A stretch of DNA of 64,000 bases from a bacterium (GTDB lineage: Bacteria; UBA8248). Numbering within the stretch: the stretch's first letter is position 1; each line of letters begins with the position of its first letter. The notes under the pieces were generated by a model. The model was not told the DNA's origin and did not search any database. It saw only the letters and a list, made by a program, of their open reading frames with translations. The translations under genes were made by a program, and so were the position numbers. The stretch lies in the NCBI GenBank assembly GCA_965213625.1, contig CBDBZU010000004.1, positions 3,072,001 through 3,136,000 of the forward strand. The letters are read 5' to 3'. Of this stretch, positions 51,888 to 62,574 are shown piece by piece.

Positions 51888-53813
51888 TCAGCCGATAACC
51901 CCGCCGTCGTCGCGGGTAATGGCGACCACCGCCGAGCGCGGCGTAGTGTCGCCGCCGTCCGGGAAGTGGCTGTCGCCGCCCTTCTCGCCGGGGTGCTGGA
52001 CCCCCACGAACATGGTACGCCCGTCCGCGCTCCACTCGATGCCCGTGACCTCGCACTGCCTGGGTCCCACCATGAAGCGGCGTATTTCGCCCATCACCGG
52101 ATCGCCCACCAGCATCTGGTTGTTGCCCTGGCCCGCGAAGCCCTTGGTGTTCGTGTACTTGCCGTCGGTCTGGATCCACAGCATGCCGTTCCTGTCGAAG
52201 GCGAGGCCGTCGGGGGAGTTGAACATGTTGTCCGGCGTCACGTTCTTTGAGCCCGCGTTGGCGCCCTTGTGGACGGCGGGGTTGCCCGCGACCACGTAGA
52301 GGTCCCACGTGAATGCGTTCGAGAGGTGATCGCCCCCGTCCGGCGCCCAGCGGACAATCTGCCCGTAGCTGTTCTTCGCGCGGGGGTTCGGCCCGCCGAC
52401 GGGGGTGGGGTCGCCGCCCTTGTTGGGCTTGACGCCCCGGTTCTTGTTGTTGGTGAGACAGCAGTAGACCTCCGCCTTCCTGGGGTTCGCCGCCACCCAC
52501 TCGGCGCGGTCCATCGTCGTCGCCTTGACGGCGGAAGCCGCGACCCGCGTGTGGACGCAAATCTCAGCCATCGAGGCCATCCCGGTGGTTTTGGGATTCA
52601 GCTCGGCCCACTCGCCCCGGCCATCCTCCGCGAACCTCGCCGCGTAGAGCTTGCCCGTTTCCAGAAGATTCGAGTTGTCGCCTCCCTCGGCGTAGCGGCC
52701 CTCGCTCACGAACCTGTAGATGAACTCGCCGCGCTCGTCGTCACCCATGTAGACGACCACCTGACCATTCGCGGCGAGGACGACCTCGGCATTCTCGTGC
52801 TTGAAGCGCCCGAGCGCGGTTCGTTTCTTGGGTGTGGATTCAGGATCGAGCGGGTCGATCTCGACGATGTAGCCCGCGCGGTTCGGCTCATTGGGATGTT
52901 TGGCGATATCGAAGCGCTCATCCGTCATCTCCCAGCGGTATCCCCGGCCCTTGCCGCCCACGCCGTAGCGCCTGAACTCGGGCGAAACCTTCACACTGGG
53001 GTCGCTCGAAGAGAAATAAACGTGAAAATTCTCCTCGCACGTGAGATACGTGCCCCACGGCGTCGCGCCGTTTCCGCAGTTGTTCCAGGTGCCGAGACTT
53101 TGCTCACCCTTGGGGTCCGCGGCCGTCTTCATGAGCGCGTGGCCCCGCGCGGGGCCGGTGATCTCCATCGGCGTGTCGGGCGTTATCTTGCGGTTGTAGG
53201 TCGAGTCCTTGACGATGGACCATTTGCCGCCCTTTTGCGCTATCTCCATCACGGACACCCCGTGCGCCGCCTTGCTCTTGCGCACGTCGTCGGCCGTCGC
53301 TGGCTTTCCGCCGCCCTTGCCTCCATGGATGATGTCGATGTTCACGTACTCGTTGTTGACGGCCAGGACGTTCCTGCCGCCCGCCTGAAAGAGCGACATG
53401 CCGTCGTTGTTGTCCCCGAAGGCGAGCTCCTGGCTCGCACCCGTGCCGCGCGTGGCGTGGTCGAACGCAGGCCCCTTCGTCCATATGGGGTCGCCCCACC
53501 TTGCGACGACGTGCCAGCTGTAGCCCTTGGGCACGGTGATCGTATCAAGAGTGTTGGCGGGCACGGCCTCGAAGCCGAAGCGGTTCGCGTTCGCGAAGGC
53601 GGAAAGAGGATCGATTCCCCCGGCGCTCATCACGAACGCCGTCGCGGCGAAGGCGGCCCCCTTGCCCAGGAAGCCGCGCCGGGAGATCATCTTCTCCGCC
53701 AGTTTTTCGAAATCCGTCGCTTGCGGCCGCGGATAATGGATATCGTCGAACTCATCCGGCGAGTACTCCTCGTGCGCGGCGAGCTGCGCGTCGCGCGTTC
53801 GGTCATCAAACAT
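51888..53813 (-). CDS. phoX: PhoX-family alkaline phosphatase, Tat-exported
   Basis: SRRGFL, FGDNNDG, NNEY, GTWNNC, TPWGTYLTCEEN, GRFKHE, MDRAEW, SPDG, VQHPGE. Confidence 0.93.
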   Translation of the reverse strand: MFDDRTRDAQLAAHEEYSPDEFDDIHYPRPQATDFEKLAEKMISRRGFLGKGAAFAATAFVMSAGGIDPLSAFANANRFGFEAVPANTLDTITVPKGYSWHVVARWGDPIWTKGPAFDHATRGTGASQELAFGDNNDGMSLFQAGGRNVLAVNNEYVNIDIIHGGKGGGKPATADDVRKSKAAHGVSVMEIAQKGGKWSIVKDSTYNRKITPDTPMEITGPARGHALMKTAADPKGEQSLGTWNNCGNGATPWGTYLTCEENFHVYFSSSDPSVKVSPEFRRYGVGGKGRGYRWEMTDERFDIAKHPNEPNRAGYIVEIDPLDPESTPKKRTALGRFKHENAEVVLAANGQVVVYMGDDERGEFIYRFVSEGRYAEGGDNSNLLETGKLYAARFAEDGRGEWAELNPKTTGMASMAEICVHTRVAASAVKATTMDRAEWVAANPRKAEVYCCLTNNKNRGVKPNKGGDPTPVGGPNPRAKNSYGQIVRWAPDGGDHLSNAFTWDLYVVAGNPAVHKGANAGSKNVTPDNMFNSPDGLAFDRNGMLWIQTDGKYTNTKGFAGQGNNQMLVGDPVMGEIRRFMVGPRQCEVTGIEWSADGRTMFVGVQHPGEKGGDSHFPDGGDTTPRSAVVAITRDDGGVIG

Positions 53814-53901
53814 CTCTCATCCCCCACTTTGTGAAATTCGTGTTTAACGGTAGGCGCGCGAAAACACGCCTTTGTCGAAGCAATCCTCTTGTTCGGGAGG
53901 G

Positions 53902-53957
53902 ATTATAGCGGCCCCTCATGGCGCGCGCGTTACAAAATTATGGAAAGTTCATGAAAA
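53902..53957 (-). promoter_or_regulatory. Pho box (four 11-bp-phased repeats) and -10 of phoX
   Basis: Minus strand TTTTCAT-N4-TTTCCAT-N4-TTGTAAC-N4-GCGCCAT-N10-TATAAT. Confidence 0.7.
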
Positions 53958-54268
53958 ACGGAAGACGAAGAGTGGGAGCAAATCCGCGCGAGGAGGGGTT
54001 GTTGGATAACCCCGAGAAAGGAGCGAACGCAGTTTCCCGACCGATGAGGGAGAGGCTGTGCATCTTCGATAAGGGGAAGATCGTGCCGAACGGGCGGGAG
54101 AGGTGCCAAGTATAAGACATGTTATTCCGCCTGCCTGTGATTGCCCCACCCTGCCCGGGCAAATCTCTTGCTGGCGATGAACGGGTCGCAATCAAACCTT
54201 GCTGGCTGACCGCCCCCTCGAGGCGCTAAAGCTGGAAGCGAGGCTGTTCGATTGGCGAATTGATAATG

Positions 54269-55312
54269 CTACAAGTATCCCATTTCCGCACAGTAAGCCA
54301 CGAATACGGAGCCCGCGTAGCCGGCATAAGTATCCTGGTCGAACAACATGTGTTGAAAGTTCCTGTCGTTGATTAGATTCATCATCCAGTTGCAGTAAGT
54401 ATGATCGTAAAACTTGAATCCGGTCTCGCACATGAACAGATGACCAGAATTGTTGTCCACCAAAACGTCGTGCGCGTAGAATCCCGGGCCCAGGGCGCAT
54501 CCGATGCGTTTCCCCAGCGCGTGAAGTTCTTCCAGACGCGGCGCAACCAGTTTTCCATACAGATGCTCCAGAAGTTCGGGATTTTTCGGAGTATCCCTGC
54601 TGTGCACCGACGGGTTGTTCTCATCGACGTTTCGGGCGCGAATATATATCTGCAACGTGCGTGTGCCGATACAAACCAGCCTGACGCACGTAAAATAGTC
54701 GCCGTTTTCAAACGGTATCCTGGTGTCGATAAACTCCGCATTGTAGCGGTTGTCATCTATTTCCTCTGCATTTTCGAGGACAAAGACATCCTCTCCGGAA
54801 CCGACTCTTGCGTTGCTGAATATCTTCTTCCCCTCATCTATGTCCAGGCTCGGCATCCTTATCCCTTGCCGGGACAATGTTTCGTTCGCCTTTTGCTTGT
54901 CTTTAATAATATTGGCGGTACGATGAGAATTGAAAATCGCGTTTGCTTTCTTCGATAAATCTTCTGGAATATCGAATTTATCGAGATCGTCATAAATTTC
55001 ATTCACGAGATGAATCAGGACAACCGGTACGCCTTCGGAATTATCGAGTTCTCTCTTCAAACCCTTGCAGTCGGTTACGCACGACGTCGCAATGCCGCAT
55101 TGTCCCAATATTCGGCAAAACGGCGGAAAAAAAAGATTTGCCTGCACCTTTCCGCGGGTATTCAACCCATCAGCGCCCAAAGCGCAAAAAATTACTTTTC
55201 CTCTGGCTTTCGATGGTTGAAACCGTCGAATCGGCAAATTTCTCTCCCAATGCCTGTTTCTGTATTTTTGGGGGAAAGCGCGAAAAAAGGTGCGCTCTAA
55301 TCTCATCATCAT
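54269..55312 (-). CDS. Hypothetical protein, possibly ATP-grasp-like
   Basis: IKDKQKAN..L...GI.MP, EFID, R..CIG, FYAHDV, CETG spacing; start uncertain. Confidence 0.5.
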   Translation of the reverse strand: MMMRLERTFFRAFPQKYRNRHWERNLPIRRFQPSKARGKVIFCALGADGLNTRGKVQANLFFPPFCRILGQCGIATSCVTDCKGLKRELDNSEGVPVVLIHLVNEIYDDLDKFDIPEDLSKKANAIFNSHRTANIIKDKQKANETLSRQGIRMPSLDIDEGKKIFSNARVGSGEDVFVLENAEEIDDNRYNAEFIDTRIPFENGDYFTCVRLVCIGTRTLQIYIRARNVDENNPSVHSRDTPKNPELLEHLYGKLVAPRLEELHALGKRIGCALGPGFYAHDVLVDNNSGHLFMCETGFKFYDHTYCNWMMNLINDRNFQHMLFDQDTYAGYAGSVFVAYCAEMGYL

Positions 55313-55402
55313 GGGTTTGATGACCTCTGGCGAATACGGCGGGCAGAGATGAGGAGAGAAGCCAATGCAGGATAACGAATTTGACAGCCCCGCCGCAAAG
55401 AC

Positions 55403-56440
55403 TCAAGACGATTCGATCGCAGACTCGACTTTTTTCGCAACATCGGCCGGCACCCACTTCTTCCAGACCTTATTGGTCTTCAGGAAGTGGATTGCGGTGA
55501 CCTTCGCGTCGCCGCCGGCATCTTTCTCGAGATAGGAGAGCACCTCCGAGACGACTTTGGAGGGAAGCGAGTATTTCTCGAGGAAAGCGACGATCTCCGG
55601 ATGCTTGGCCGCGAACTTCGTGGTGACCGTTTTGGGTAGCTCCATCGTCCGGTAGGCGACGGCCTTCCTGGGGTTCCCCATGGCCTCCTCCCCGCCCTTC
55701 TTGAGCGCGCTCACGTGCTTCATCATCGCGTCCCAGTCGGCCTCGTTCCATGCAGGTTCTTCGAGCTGGACGAGGTCGAGCTGCCCCAGGAGCGGCGTCG
55801 GCGCCCAGTAATAGGCCACGACCGGCTTTTTCTTGAGATAGGCCCCCTTGATGGCCGCCGCGAGCGCGCCGCCCGAACCGGGCCGGAAGTTGGTGAAATG
55901 TTTCTCCAGCCCGTAGGCGCGCAGCTTCACCGTGTTGATGACCTCACACGCCCAGCCGGGGATGCAGTTCACGAACCGGCCTTTGGAGGGTTCTTCGGGG
56001 TCCTTGAAGAGATGCTTGTACTTCGCGAGGTCGTAGACCGTCTTGAGGCCCGGGTTCGCCGTCTGGACGAAGCGCGGGATGAACCAGCCCTGTATGCTGT
56101 CGGGCGTGTTCACGCTCAGCTTCTTGACCTTGCCCTTCTTCTCCGCGAGGTCGTACTGATCCTTCGTGCTGTCGTACCAAAGCTCCATGATCAGGTCGTT
56201 TTTCCCCTCGTAGTGGGCCGCCATGGTCGGCAGCGTGCCGCCGTAGATGAGCCGCACCCGGCAGCCGTAGCCGTGCTCGAGGATGAAGGCGGCCACCTGG
56301 CCGTGAAAATTGGCGCTGTCCCAGTTCAGGTCGCCGATCCGGACCCTGCAGGTGGCTTCCGCCCTTCCGGGCAGGGAGACGAGGGCGCTCAGGCCGAGGA
56401 AGAGTGCAAGAACGACGATAATCAATGTCTTGGGCTTCAT
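55403..56440 (-). CDS. Glycine betaine/proline ABC substrate-binding protein (ProX/OpuAC)
   Basis: Signal peptide, LNWDSA, MELW, GWFIP, CIPGWAC, PGSG, YYWAPT. Confidence 0.88.
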   Translation of the reverse strand: MKPKTLIIVVLALFLGLSALVSLPGRAEATCRVRIGDLNWDSANFHGQVAAFILEHGYGCRVRLIYGGTLPTMAAHYEGKNDLIMELWYDSTKDQYDLAEKKGKVKKLSVNTPDSIQGWFIPRFVQTANPGLKTVYDLAKYKHLFKDPEEPSKGRFVNCIPGWACEVINTVKLRAYGLEKHFTNFRPGSGGALAAAIKGAYLKKKPVVAYYWAPTPLLGQLDLVQLEEPAWNEADWDAMMKHVSALKKGGEEAMGNPRKAVAYRTMELPKTVTTKFAAKHPEIVAFLEKYSLPSKVVSEVLSYLEKDAGGDAKVTAIHFLKTNKVWKKWVPADVAKKVESAIESS

Positions 56441-56682
56441 GGATGATCTCCGATGTGAAGGCATTCCGGACGGGACGACTTCCGCGCGCGAGTGTTATCG
56501 AGGATGAAATTCTAGCAAGCGCAATACGCGGCATCAAATCCACGGTATGACGGGCAAACGCCACACTCACCCGCAGTCAATCACACCTACCCCTTCCCAA
56601 GCGGGAGCCCAACCTGTAGATTGAAGCTCGCCGTATTTACGACGCGCAATATCCCGAGAACGCCTTAAACCCCGAGAACCGG

Positions 56683-57567
56683 ATGAACCCCCAGCTCATC
56701 GCCGCCTCCTACGCCATGTCCACCGCCGTGGTCTTCGCCACCTTCAGCGTGTGCATCAGGAAGGGCGGTGAGCATGCAAACGCGCTCACGGGCGTCTTCA
56801 TCGGCCTGTTCACATCGCTCCCCGTGATGCTCGCCGTCACCTGGTATTACTGGGAACCCGAGTGGTGGAACCTCCATGCGTTTTTCTACTTCTCGCTGGC
56901 GGGACTCACCGGGCCGGCCATGTCGCGCGTGTTCCTGTATCTCAGCATCTCCTACCTGGGCGTCGCGCGCGCGATGCCGTTCGTCTCGCTGACGCCATTG
57001 TTCTCCACCTCGCTCGCCATCGCCTTCCTGGGCGAGCGGCCGGGCGCGCTCATCCTGGCGGGCACGCTATCCATCGTCCTGGGCAGTGTTGCGCTCAGTT
57101 ATAAAAAATCCGATGACACCTCATGGCAGAGAAAACACCTCATCCTCGCGTTCTTCAGCGCCGTCACCGCTGCGTTCTCGTTTCTTTTCCGAAAACTCGC
57201 CTTCGCCCATGTCGAGGCCCCCGTCATGGGCGCCACCCTCACGACGCTGGCGGGGTTCCTCTTCCTGCTCACCTTCATCCCGCTTTTCCCGAAAGATCAA
57301 AAACCCGACCAGTTCGACCGCCCCAAGGCCTGGTACATCTTCGGGCTGTGCGGATTGCTGAACGCGCTCGGGTTTTTCCTGCACTTCACAGCCATCAGCA
57401 TCGGCGACCTCTCGATAGTGGCTCCCCTCACTTCCACGGCCCCCATCTTCAGTCTCGCCATGAGCTTTTTCCTTCTCAGGCGCGTGGAGCGGATTACGCC
57501 CGCCATTCTCGTCGGCACAGCGTGCATGGTGATAGGTGCTGCCCTCATCGGCTGGCGCATCCGCTAG
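56683..57567 (+). CDS. DMT/EamA family transporter
   Basis: Two EamA-like repeats (LGVARA.P, FLGE; SIVAPL, VERIT). Confidence 0.85.
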   Translation: MNPQLIAASYAMSTAVVFATFSVCIRKGGEHANALTGVFIGLFTSLPVMLAVTWYYWEPEWWNLHAFFYFSLAGLTGPAMSRVFLYLSISYLGVARAMPFVSLTPLFSTSLAIAFLGERPGALILAGTLSIVLGSVALSYKKSDDTSWQRKHLILAFFSAVTAAFSFLFRKLAFAHVEAPVMGATLTTLAGFLFLLTFIPLFPKDQKPDQFDRPKAWYIFGLCGLLNALGFFLHFTAISIGDLSIVAPLTSTAPIFSLAMSFFLLRRVERITPAILVGTACMVIGAALIGWRIR

Positions 57568-57727
57568 AAAGACGGGGCGCGGGCGGTGCCGCTTTCCAAG
57601 ACGGACGATCCGGGTCTGTATTCGATATCTACCCCAGGCGTGCTACATTGCGCGCATTGTGCATGCGCCGCCGAGACAGTTCGACCGCCGCGCCTCGACC
57701 ATTGCTTGAGATGGAGACCGAATCCCC

Positions 57728-58960
57728 ATGAGCCGCGTTGTCTCCACCGATATCCATCCCGGCCGTAGCGCCGTGCTCGCGGTGGTCGTGGCCGGTTGTC
57801 TGATCTCGCTCATCGGATTCGGGATCCGGGGGAGCTTCGGGCTTTATCTCGAACCGATGACGGTTTCGAACGGGTGGTCGCGCCAGACCTTCGCATTCGC
57901 GATGGCGGTCCAGAATCTATTGTGGGGAATCGGCGTCCCGGTCGCCGGGGCCATCGCGGACCGGTACGGAGCCGCGCTGGTGATCGCCTTTGGCGCAGTC
58001 GTCTTCGCCATTGGCGTTGCAGCCATGGCGGTGGCGGACAGCGGAATCGCACTCCTGTTGAGCGGCGGCCTCCTCGTCGGCCTCGGGGTCGCGTTCACCT
58101 CGTTCTCGCTCGTGCTCGCCGCCATCGCGCGGGTCGTGGGGCCGGAACGCCGCTCGCTTGCACTCGGATTCGGTACCGCGGCCGGCTCGCTCGGCCAGGT
58201 GATCTTCTCACCTCTCAGCCAGGCCCTGATATCGAGCTACGGCTGGTACGACTCGCTCTTGCTGATCGCTCTCATCACGCTGGTCATGATTCCGCTCGCG
58301 TTCACCCTGCGGGGGGCGGGCAAGGCGGTCGGCGAGCCGGAGTCGGGCCAGACACTACGGGAAGCTCTCGGCGAGGCGTTGAGCCATCGCGGCTACGTGC
58401 TCCTCACCACCGGGTTCTTCGTGTGTGGGTTTCACGTCGCTTTCATCGTCGTGCACTTCCCCGCCTACGTCACCGATCTCGGCCTCTCGCCGCATGTAGG
58501 CGCCTATGCGATCTCGATCGTCGGGCTGCTCAACATCTTCGGCGCGTTCATGTCGGGCGCCATCGGCCAACGGTTCAGCAAGAAGATGAGTCTTTCCGTC
58601 ATCTACCTGGGCCGGGGGCTGGTCATCGTCGCGCTCCTGATGGCCCCGGCGAGTGACCTGACGATCTACCTGTTCGCCGCATCGATGGGGGTGCTGTGGC
58701 TTTCGACGGTCCCGCTGACCACCGGCATCGTCGCGCAGCTCTTCGGGTTGAAATACATGGCGACCCTCTCCGGCATCGTGTTGCTGGGCCATCAGATCGG
58801 AAGCTTCGTCGGCGTATGGATGGGTGGGGTGATCTACGATCGCACCGGCTCGTACGACCTGATGTGGTGGGCCGCCGTGTTCTTGGCGTTGTTCGCGGCC
58901 ATCCTCCATCTGGCCATTGACGAGAAGCCGGTCCCCCGTCTCGCGCTGGATGAGGGCTGA
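57728..58960 (+). CDS. MFS transporter
   Basis: FGIRGSFG, QNLLWG, GFFVCGFH, LWLSTVP.T, HQIGSF. Confidence 0.9.
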   Translation: MSRVVSTDIHPGRSAVLAVVVAGCLISLIGFGIRGSFGLYLEPMTVSNGWSRQTFAFAMAVQNLLWGIGVPVAGAIADRYGAALVIAFGAVVFAIGVAAMAVADSGIALLLSGGLLVGLGVAFTSFSLVLAAIARVVGPERRSLALGFGTAAGSLGQVIFSPLSQALISSYGWYDSLLLIALITLVMIPLAFTLRGAGKAVGEPESGQTLREALGEALSHRGYVLLTTGFFVCGFHVAFIVVHFPAYVTDLGLSPHVGAYAISIVGLLNIFGAFMSGAIGQRFSKKMSLSVIYLGRGLVIVALLMAPASDLTIYLFAASMGVLWLSTVPLTTGIVAQLFGLKYMATLSGIVLLGHQIGSFVGVWMGGVIYDRTGSYDLMWWAAVFLALFAAILHLAIDEKPVPRLALDEG

Positions 58961-59070
58961 ATCAGGCGGAACGCAATCAGCCGGAAACCGCTCGGTCGCC
59001 GCCGGGGACGGACCCCCGTGCCCGCCCAATATTCGTTTTTGGTCACGGCAATCTGCGGTATCGGGCTCCT

Positions 59071-59155
59071 AAGGACAGGCACGGGGGCCTACCCGGCTAC
59101 GCAAATCCCATGTATCGAAACGAACCTGCAGGGGCAGGTCGCGACCTGTCCCTAC
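59071..59155. repeat. GTAG-family REP copies
   Basis: ggacaggcacgggggcct..; gcaggggcaggtcgcgacctgtccctac. Confidence 0.7.
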
Positions 59156-59370
59156 GGAAAGCGGATGGGTTTGCAGGGAAGAACCCGTGTATCGGCCTTT
59201 ATTTCTCCCTGCGCAGCCGCGAAAAACATCCCGCAAACCATGAAATTTACGCTAAAATGGTTCATGCGCGCCGTGGGGGAGAAGATGCGCGCGTGCGCGG
59301 GCCGCCTCTTTATCCACCCCCTTGCGAGATTGGGGCGCGGAGCAGAAGTTTAGGAGAGGAGGGTCGGCCG

Positions 59371-60603
59371 ATGATGATGTTTCGATTCTCGCTATACGGC
59401 TTCCTCAAGAACCAGACCTATTTCGAGCCCTTCCTCATCCTCGCCTTTTTGGAAAAAGACCTCTCCTTCTTCCAGATCGGGGTCCTCATCGGCTTCCGCG
59501 AGGTGTGCATCAACATCTTTGAAATCCCGAGCGGCGCCGTGGCCGACCTCTACGGCAGAAGGCGCTCGATGATTTTCTCCTTCCTCGCCTATATCGCCTC
59601 GTTCCTGGTCTTCGGCTATTCGGCCTCTTTCGCAGCGCTCTTCCTCGCCATGTTCGCCTTCGCTCTCGGTGATTCGTTCCGCACCGGCACGCACAAGGCG
59701 ATGATATTCGAATGGCTCCGCATTCAGGGCCGCGAGAAAGAGCGCACCCGCGTATACGGCTTCACGCGCTCGTGGTCGAAGATAGGCTCGGCCGTCTCGG
59801 TCGTGGTCGCGAGCGCGTTCATATTCACCGGCGCGCGCTACAGCGATATCTTCCTGCTCGCCGTCATCCCCTACGCGCTGAACATCGTGAACTTCATGGG
59901 TTATCCCAAAGAGCTCGAAGGCGCGCGCGCGGCGGATGCGAAAATACCCGGCGTATGGGGCCATTTAAAAGACTCCATGCGCATGGCGTTCACCGACAGG
60001 CCGCTGCGCGGCATCCTGGTGGAATCCATGAGCTACGAGGGCACCTACAAGGTCGCGAAAGACTACATTCAGCCCGTCATCAAGCAAGCCGCCTTAGGGC
60101 TCGCCCTGCTCGCCACCTGGCAGCAGCAGCAGCGCGTGGCCATCCTGGTCGGGGCGGTCTATTTCGTCTTGCACCTGCTCTCGAGCTTCGCCTCGCGCGG
60201 GGGACACCGCCTCGTCGCATCTACGGGTTCGGAGGAAGCGGCCGCGAAATCGCTCTGGGGCGCCACCGCCCTCATCTACGCGGCCCTCGCCTGGGGGCTA
60301 TGGACGGGCTGGGAGTCGGTGGTCATCGCGGGCTTCGTCGCCCTGGCCGTGCTGCAGAACTTCTGGCGTCCCGTGCTCATCAGCCGCATCGACGCCCACA
60401 GCACGCCCGAGGCGGGCGCGACAATTCTATCCGTCGAAGCACAGAGCAAATCTGTCCTCGCCATGGTGCTCGCTCCCCTCATCGGCCTTTGCGTGGACGT
60501 TTTCGGCCTGGTCGGAATGGGCGTCGTCGCCATGCTGCTCACGCTGCCCTTCGCCCTCACGAGCCTGGGCGGCACGCGGGAGCGAGCGGTTCACCAACCC
60601 TAG
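59371..60603 (+). CDS. MFS transporter
   Basis: FSLYGFLKN, FEIPSG.VAD.YGRR, FRTGTHKA; GGAGAGGAGG upstream. Confidence 0.88.
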   Translation: MMMFRFSLYGFLKNQTYFEPFLILAFLEKDLSFFQIGVLIGFREVCINIFEIPSGAVADLYGRRRSMIFSFLAYIASFLVFGYSASFAALFLAMFAFALGDSFRTGTHKAMIFEWLRIQGREKERTRVYGFTRSWSKIGSAVSVVVASAFIFTGARYSDIFLLAVIPYALNIVNFMGYPKELEGARAADAKIPGVWGHLKDSMRMAFTDRPLRGILVESMSYEGTYKVAKDYIQPVIKQAALGLALLATWQQQQRVAILVGAVYFVLHLLSSFASRGGHRLVASTGSEEAAAKSLWGATALIYAALAWGLWTGWESVVIAGFVALAVLQNFWRPVLISRIDAHSTPEAGATILSVEAQSKSVLAMVLAPLIGLCVDVFGLVGMGVVAMLLTLPFALTSLGGTRERAVHQP

Positions 60604-60758
60604 ATAGACGACATATCTACTTAAATACTTGGATTCACCCGTAATGAAATGTTAGAGTCGACGCACCTGATTTAGAGGGGGTTCGACGCACAGCCACTCT
60701 TTGCGAACGTGAAGCGTACGAAGAGGGTGCGGCCTCCGCCGTCCACAGGGAGCGCGAC

Positions 60759-61916
60759 TTGAGCAACGCCGAGAATCGAGAAAACCTGGAGATAACCATC
60801 GGGGTGGAGGAGGAGTTCTTTCTCGTCGACCCCGATTCGCGCGATCTCATCGCCGACCCCGACCCGGCGATCTTCGAAGCCAGCGAGGCCGGGGCCGGGC
60901 CACACAAGGTCACACGCGAGGTGATTCGCTCCCAGGTCGAGACCAACACACGGGTGTGCGCTACGGTGGCCGAGGCGAGAGAGGCGCTGCGCGAGACCCG
61001 GCGGGTCGTCATCGAGGCGGCCGAAGCCCACGGCGCGGCGGTGCTGGGCTCCTCCACCCATCCCTTCGCACAGTGGCGGGAGCTCAAGGTCACGGCCAAG
61101 GAGCGCTACGCGCGCTTTCTGATGACGTTCCAGGAAACCATTCGCCGCATGGTCATCGGCGGAATGCACATCCACGCGGGTTTCGGCGACCCCGAATCCC
61201 GCATCCGGGTCATGACTGCCATCCGCCGCTACCTGCCCGCCATCCACGCGCTCTCCACCTCTTCGCCCTTCATCGGAGGCAGCGACACGGGCTACAAGTC
61301 CTACCGTCTGAACCTCTTCGGCAACCTGCCGCGCACCAACCTGCCCCCTCCCCTGCGCACCCGGGCGGAGTTCGAAAAAATCATCTCCGAATACCAGCGA
61401 ATGAAGTTCATCGAAACCGGCAGCGAAATCTGGTGGGACGTCCGCCCCGCCCACGCCTTCCCGACGCTTGAGCTTCGTATTTGCGACATCTGCCCCAGAA
61501 TGGAGGACGCCGTCGCCATCGCGGCGCTCTACGTCTGTCTGCTCAGGTGGCTCATGCGTCAGGACGAGGCGGGCGAGCTGCCGCCAGAGCCGCTCACCGA
61601 AATCATCGCGGAGAACCGCTGGGTGGCCCATCGTTACGGCACGCTTTCCTTCTTCGGCGACACGACCAACGAGAGCGCAAGGGTGGACATCGACGACTTC
61701 GTGGGCGAACTCGTCGAGAAACTCACGCCCGACGCCCGCGCGCTGGGGTGCGAGGCGGAACTTCGCCACACCCTCACCATCATCCGCGAGGGCAGCGGTG
61801 CGGACCGCCAGGCCGACCTCTACCGCCTCCGCCGCCTGGAGGGCGACACGGAAGAAGAAGCCCTGCGCCGGGTGGTGGATCTGGTGCTCGCCGAAACGCG
61901 GGAGGGGGTTTTCTAA
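60759..61916 (+). CDS. Carboxylate-amine ligase (YbdK/GCS2 family)
   Basis: TIGVEEEF, SQVE, THPF, GMHIH, LSTSSPF, WWDVRP, TLELRICD, ENRW. Confidence 0.92.
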   Translation: MSNAENRENLEITIGVEEEFFLVDPDSRDLIADPDPAIFEASEAGAGPHKVTREVIRSQVETNTRVCATVAEAREALRETRRVVIEAAEAHGAAVLGSSTHPFAQWRELKVTAKERYARFLMTFQETIRRMVIGGMHIHAGFGDPESRIRVMTAIRRYLPAIHALSTSSPFIGGSDTGYKSYRLNLFGNLPRTNLPPPLRTRAEFEKIISEYQRMKFIETGSEIWWDVRPAHAFPTLELRICDICPRMEDAVAIAALYVCLLRWLMRQDEAGELPPEPLTEIIAENRWVAHRYGTLSFFGDTTNESARVDIDDFVGELVEKLTPDARALGCEAELRHTLTIIREGSGADRQADLYRLRRLEGDTEEEALRRVVDLVLAETREGVF

Positions 61917-62079
61917 GCACCTACCACGAGGAATACGGTGTATTTTCGGCTCAATCCCTCCCCCATCCCGCAACCCCCGATCGCATTGACCATCCGCGCC
62001 AAAACAAACTAGACTGCCTCCATCCACCAGATATGGCGGGCCTGTGGCCCGGTTCCCCGCGCAAGATGGGAAGCGAAAC

Positions 62080-62574
62080 GTGCGAAACATCGAACGAAAT
62101 CTCTCCTGGATTCTCCTGCTCTCGCTCACCCTCATGCTCACCGCCCAGGTAATCGCGCGCTACATCTTCTTCACCTCGATCAGCTGGATCGAGGAGTTCT
62201 CTCGCATCGTCTTCATCTGGTTCATCTACCTGACGATCAGCTGGATCATCCTCCAGGGCCGCCACATCCGCGTGAACGCCATCGCGATGATTACACCCGA
62301 ATCCTGGGCGCGTCCGATAGTCTTTCTCTCCGACTGCCTGTGGATGCTCTTCAACGTCCTGATGACGTATTACGGCTACCTTTTCGTGAAAAGCGAAATC
62401 GATGTCTGGTCGGAGACCGACATTCTCCAGATACCAGAAGCCGCCGTGCACGCGATCATCCCCATCGGTTTCGGGCTGATGACCATACGCCTCGCTCAAT
62501 ATATGTACCGCGTCTACGTCCAGGGCGGTCCCGAGGTGGTCTACGAGGTCGAAAAACAGGAGGAAGAGCGATGA
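62080..62574 (+). CDS. dctQ: TRAP transporter small permease (DctQ)
   Basis: QVIARY...SWIEE.SR..FIW, HIRV, IP.GF.LM..R; TTGACC-N18-TAGACT upstream (61986). Confidence 0.88.
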   Translation: MRNIERNLSWILLLSLTLMLTAQVIARYIFFTSISWIEEFSRIVFIWFIYLTISWIILQGRHIRVNAIAMITPESWARPIVFLSDCLWMLFNVLMTYYGYLFVKSEIDVWSETDILQIPEAAVHAIIPIGFGLMTIRLAQYMYRVYVQGGPEVVYEVEKQEEER

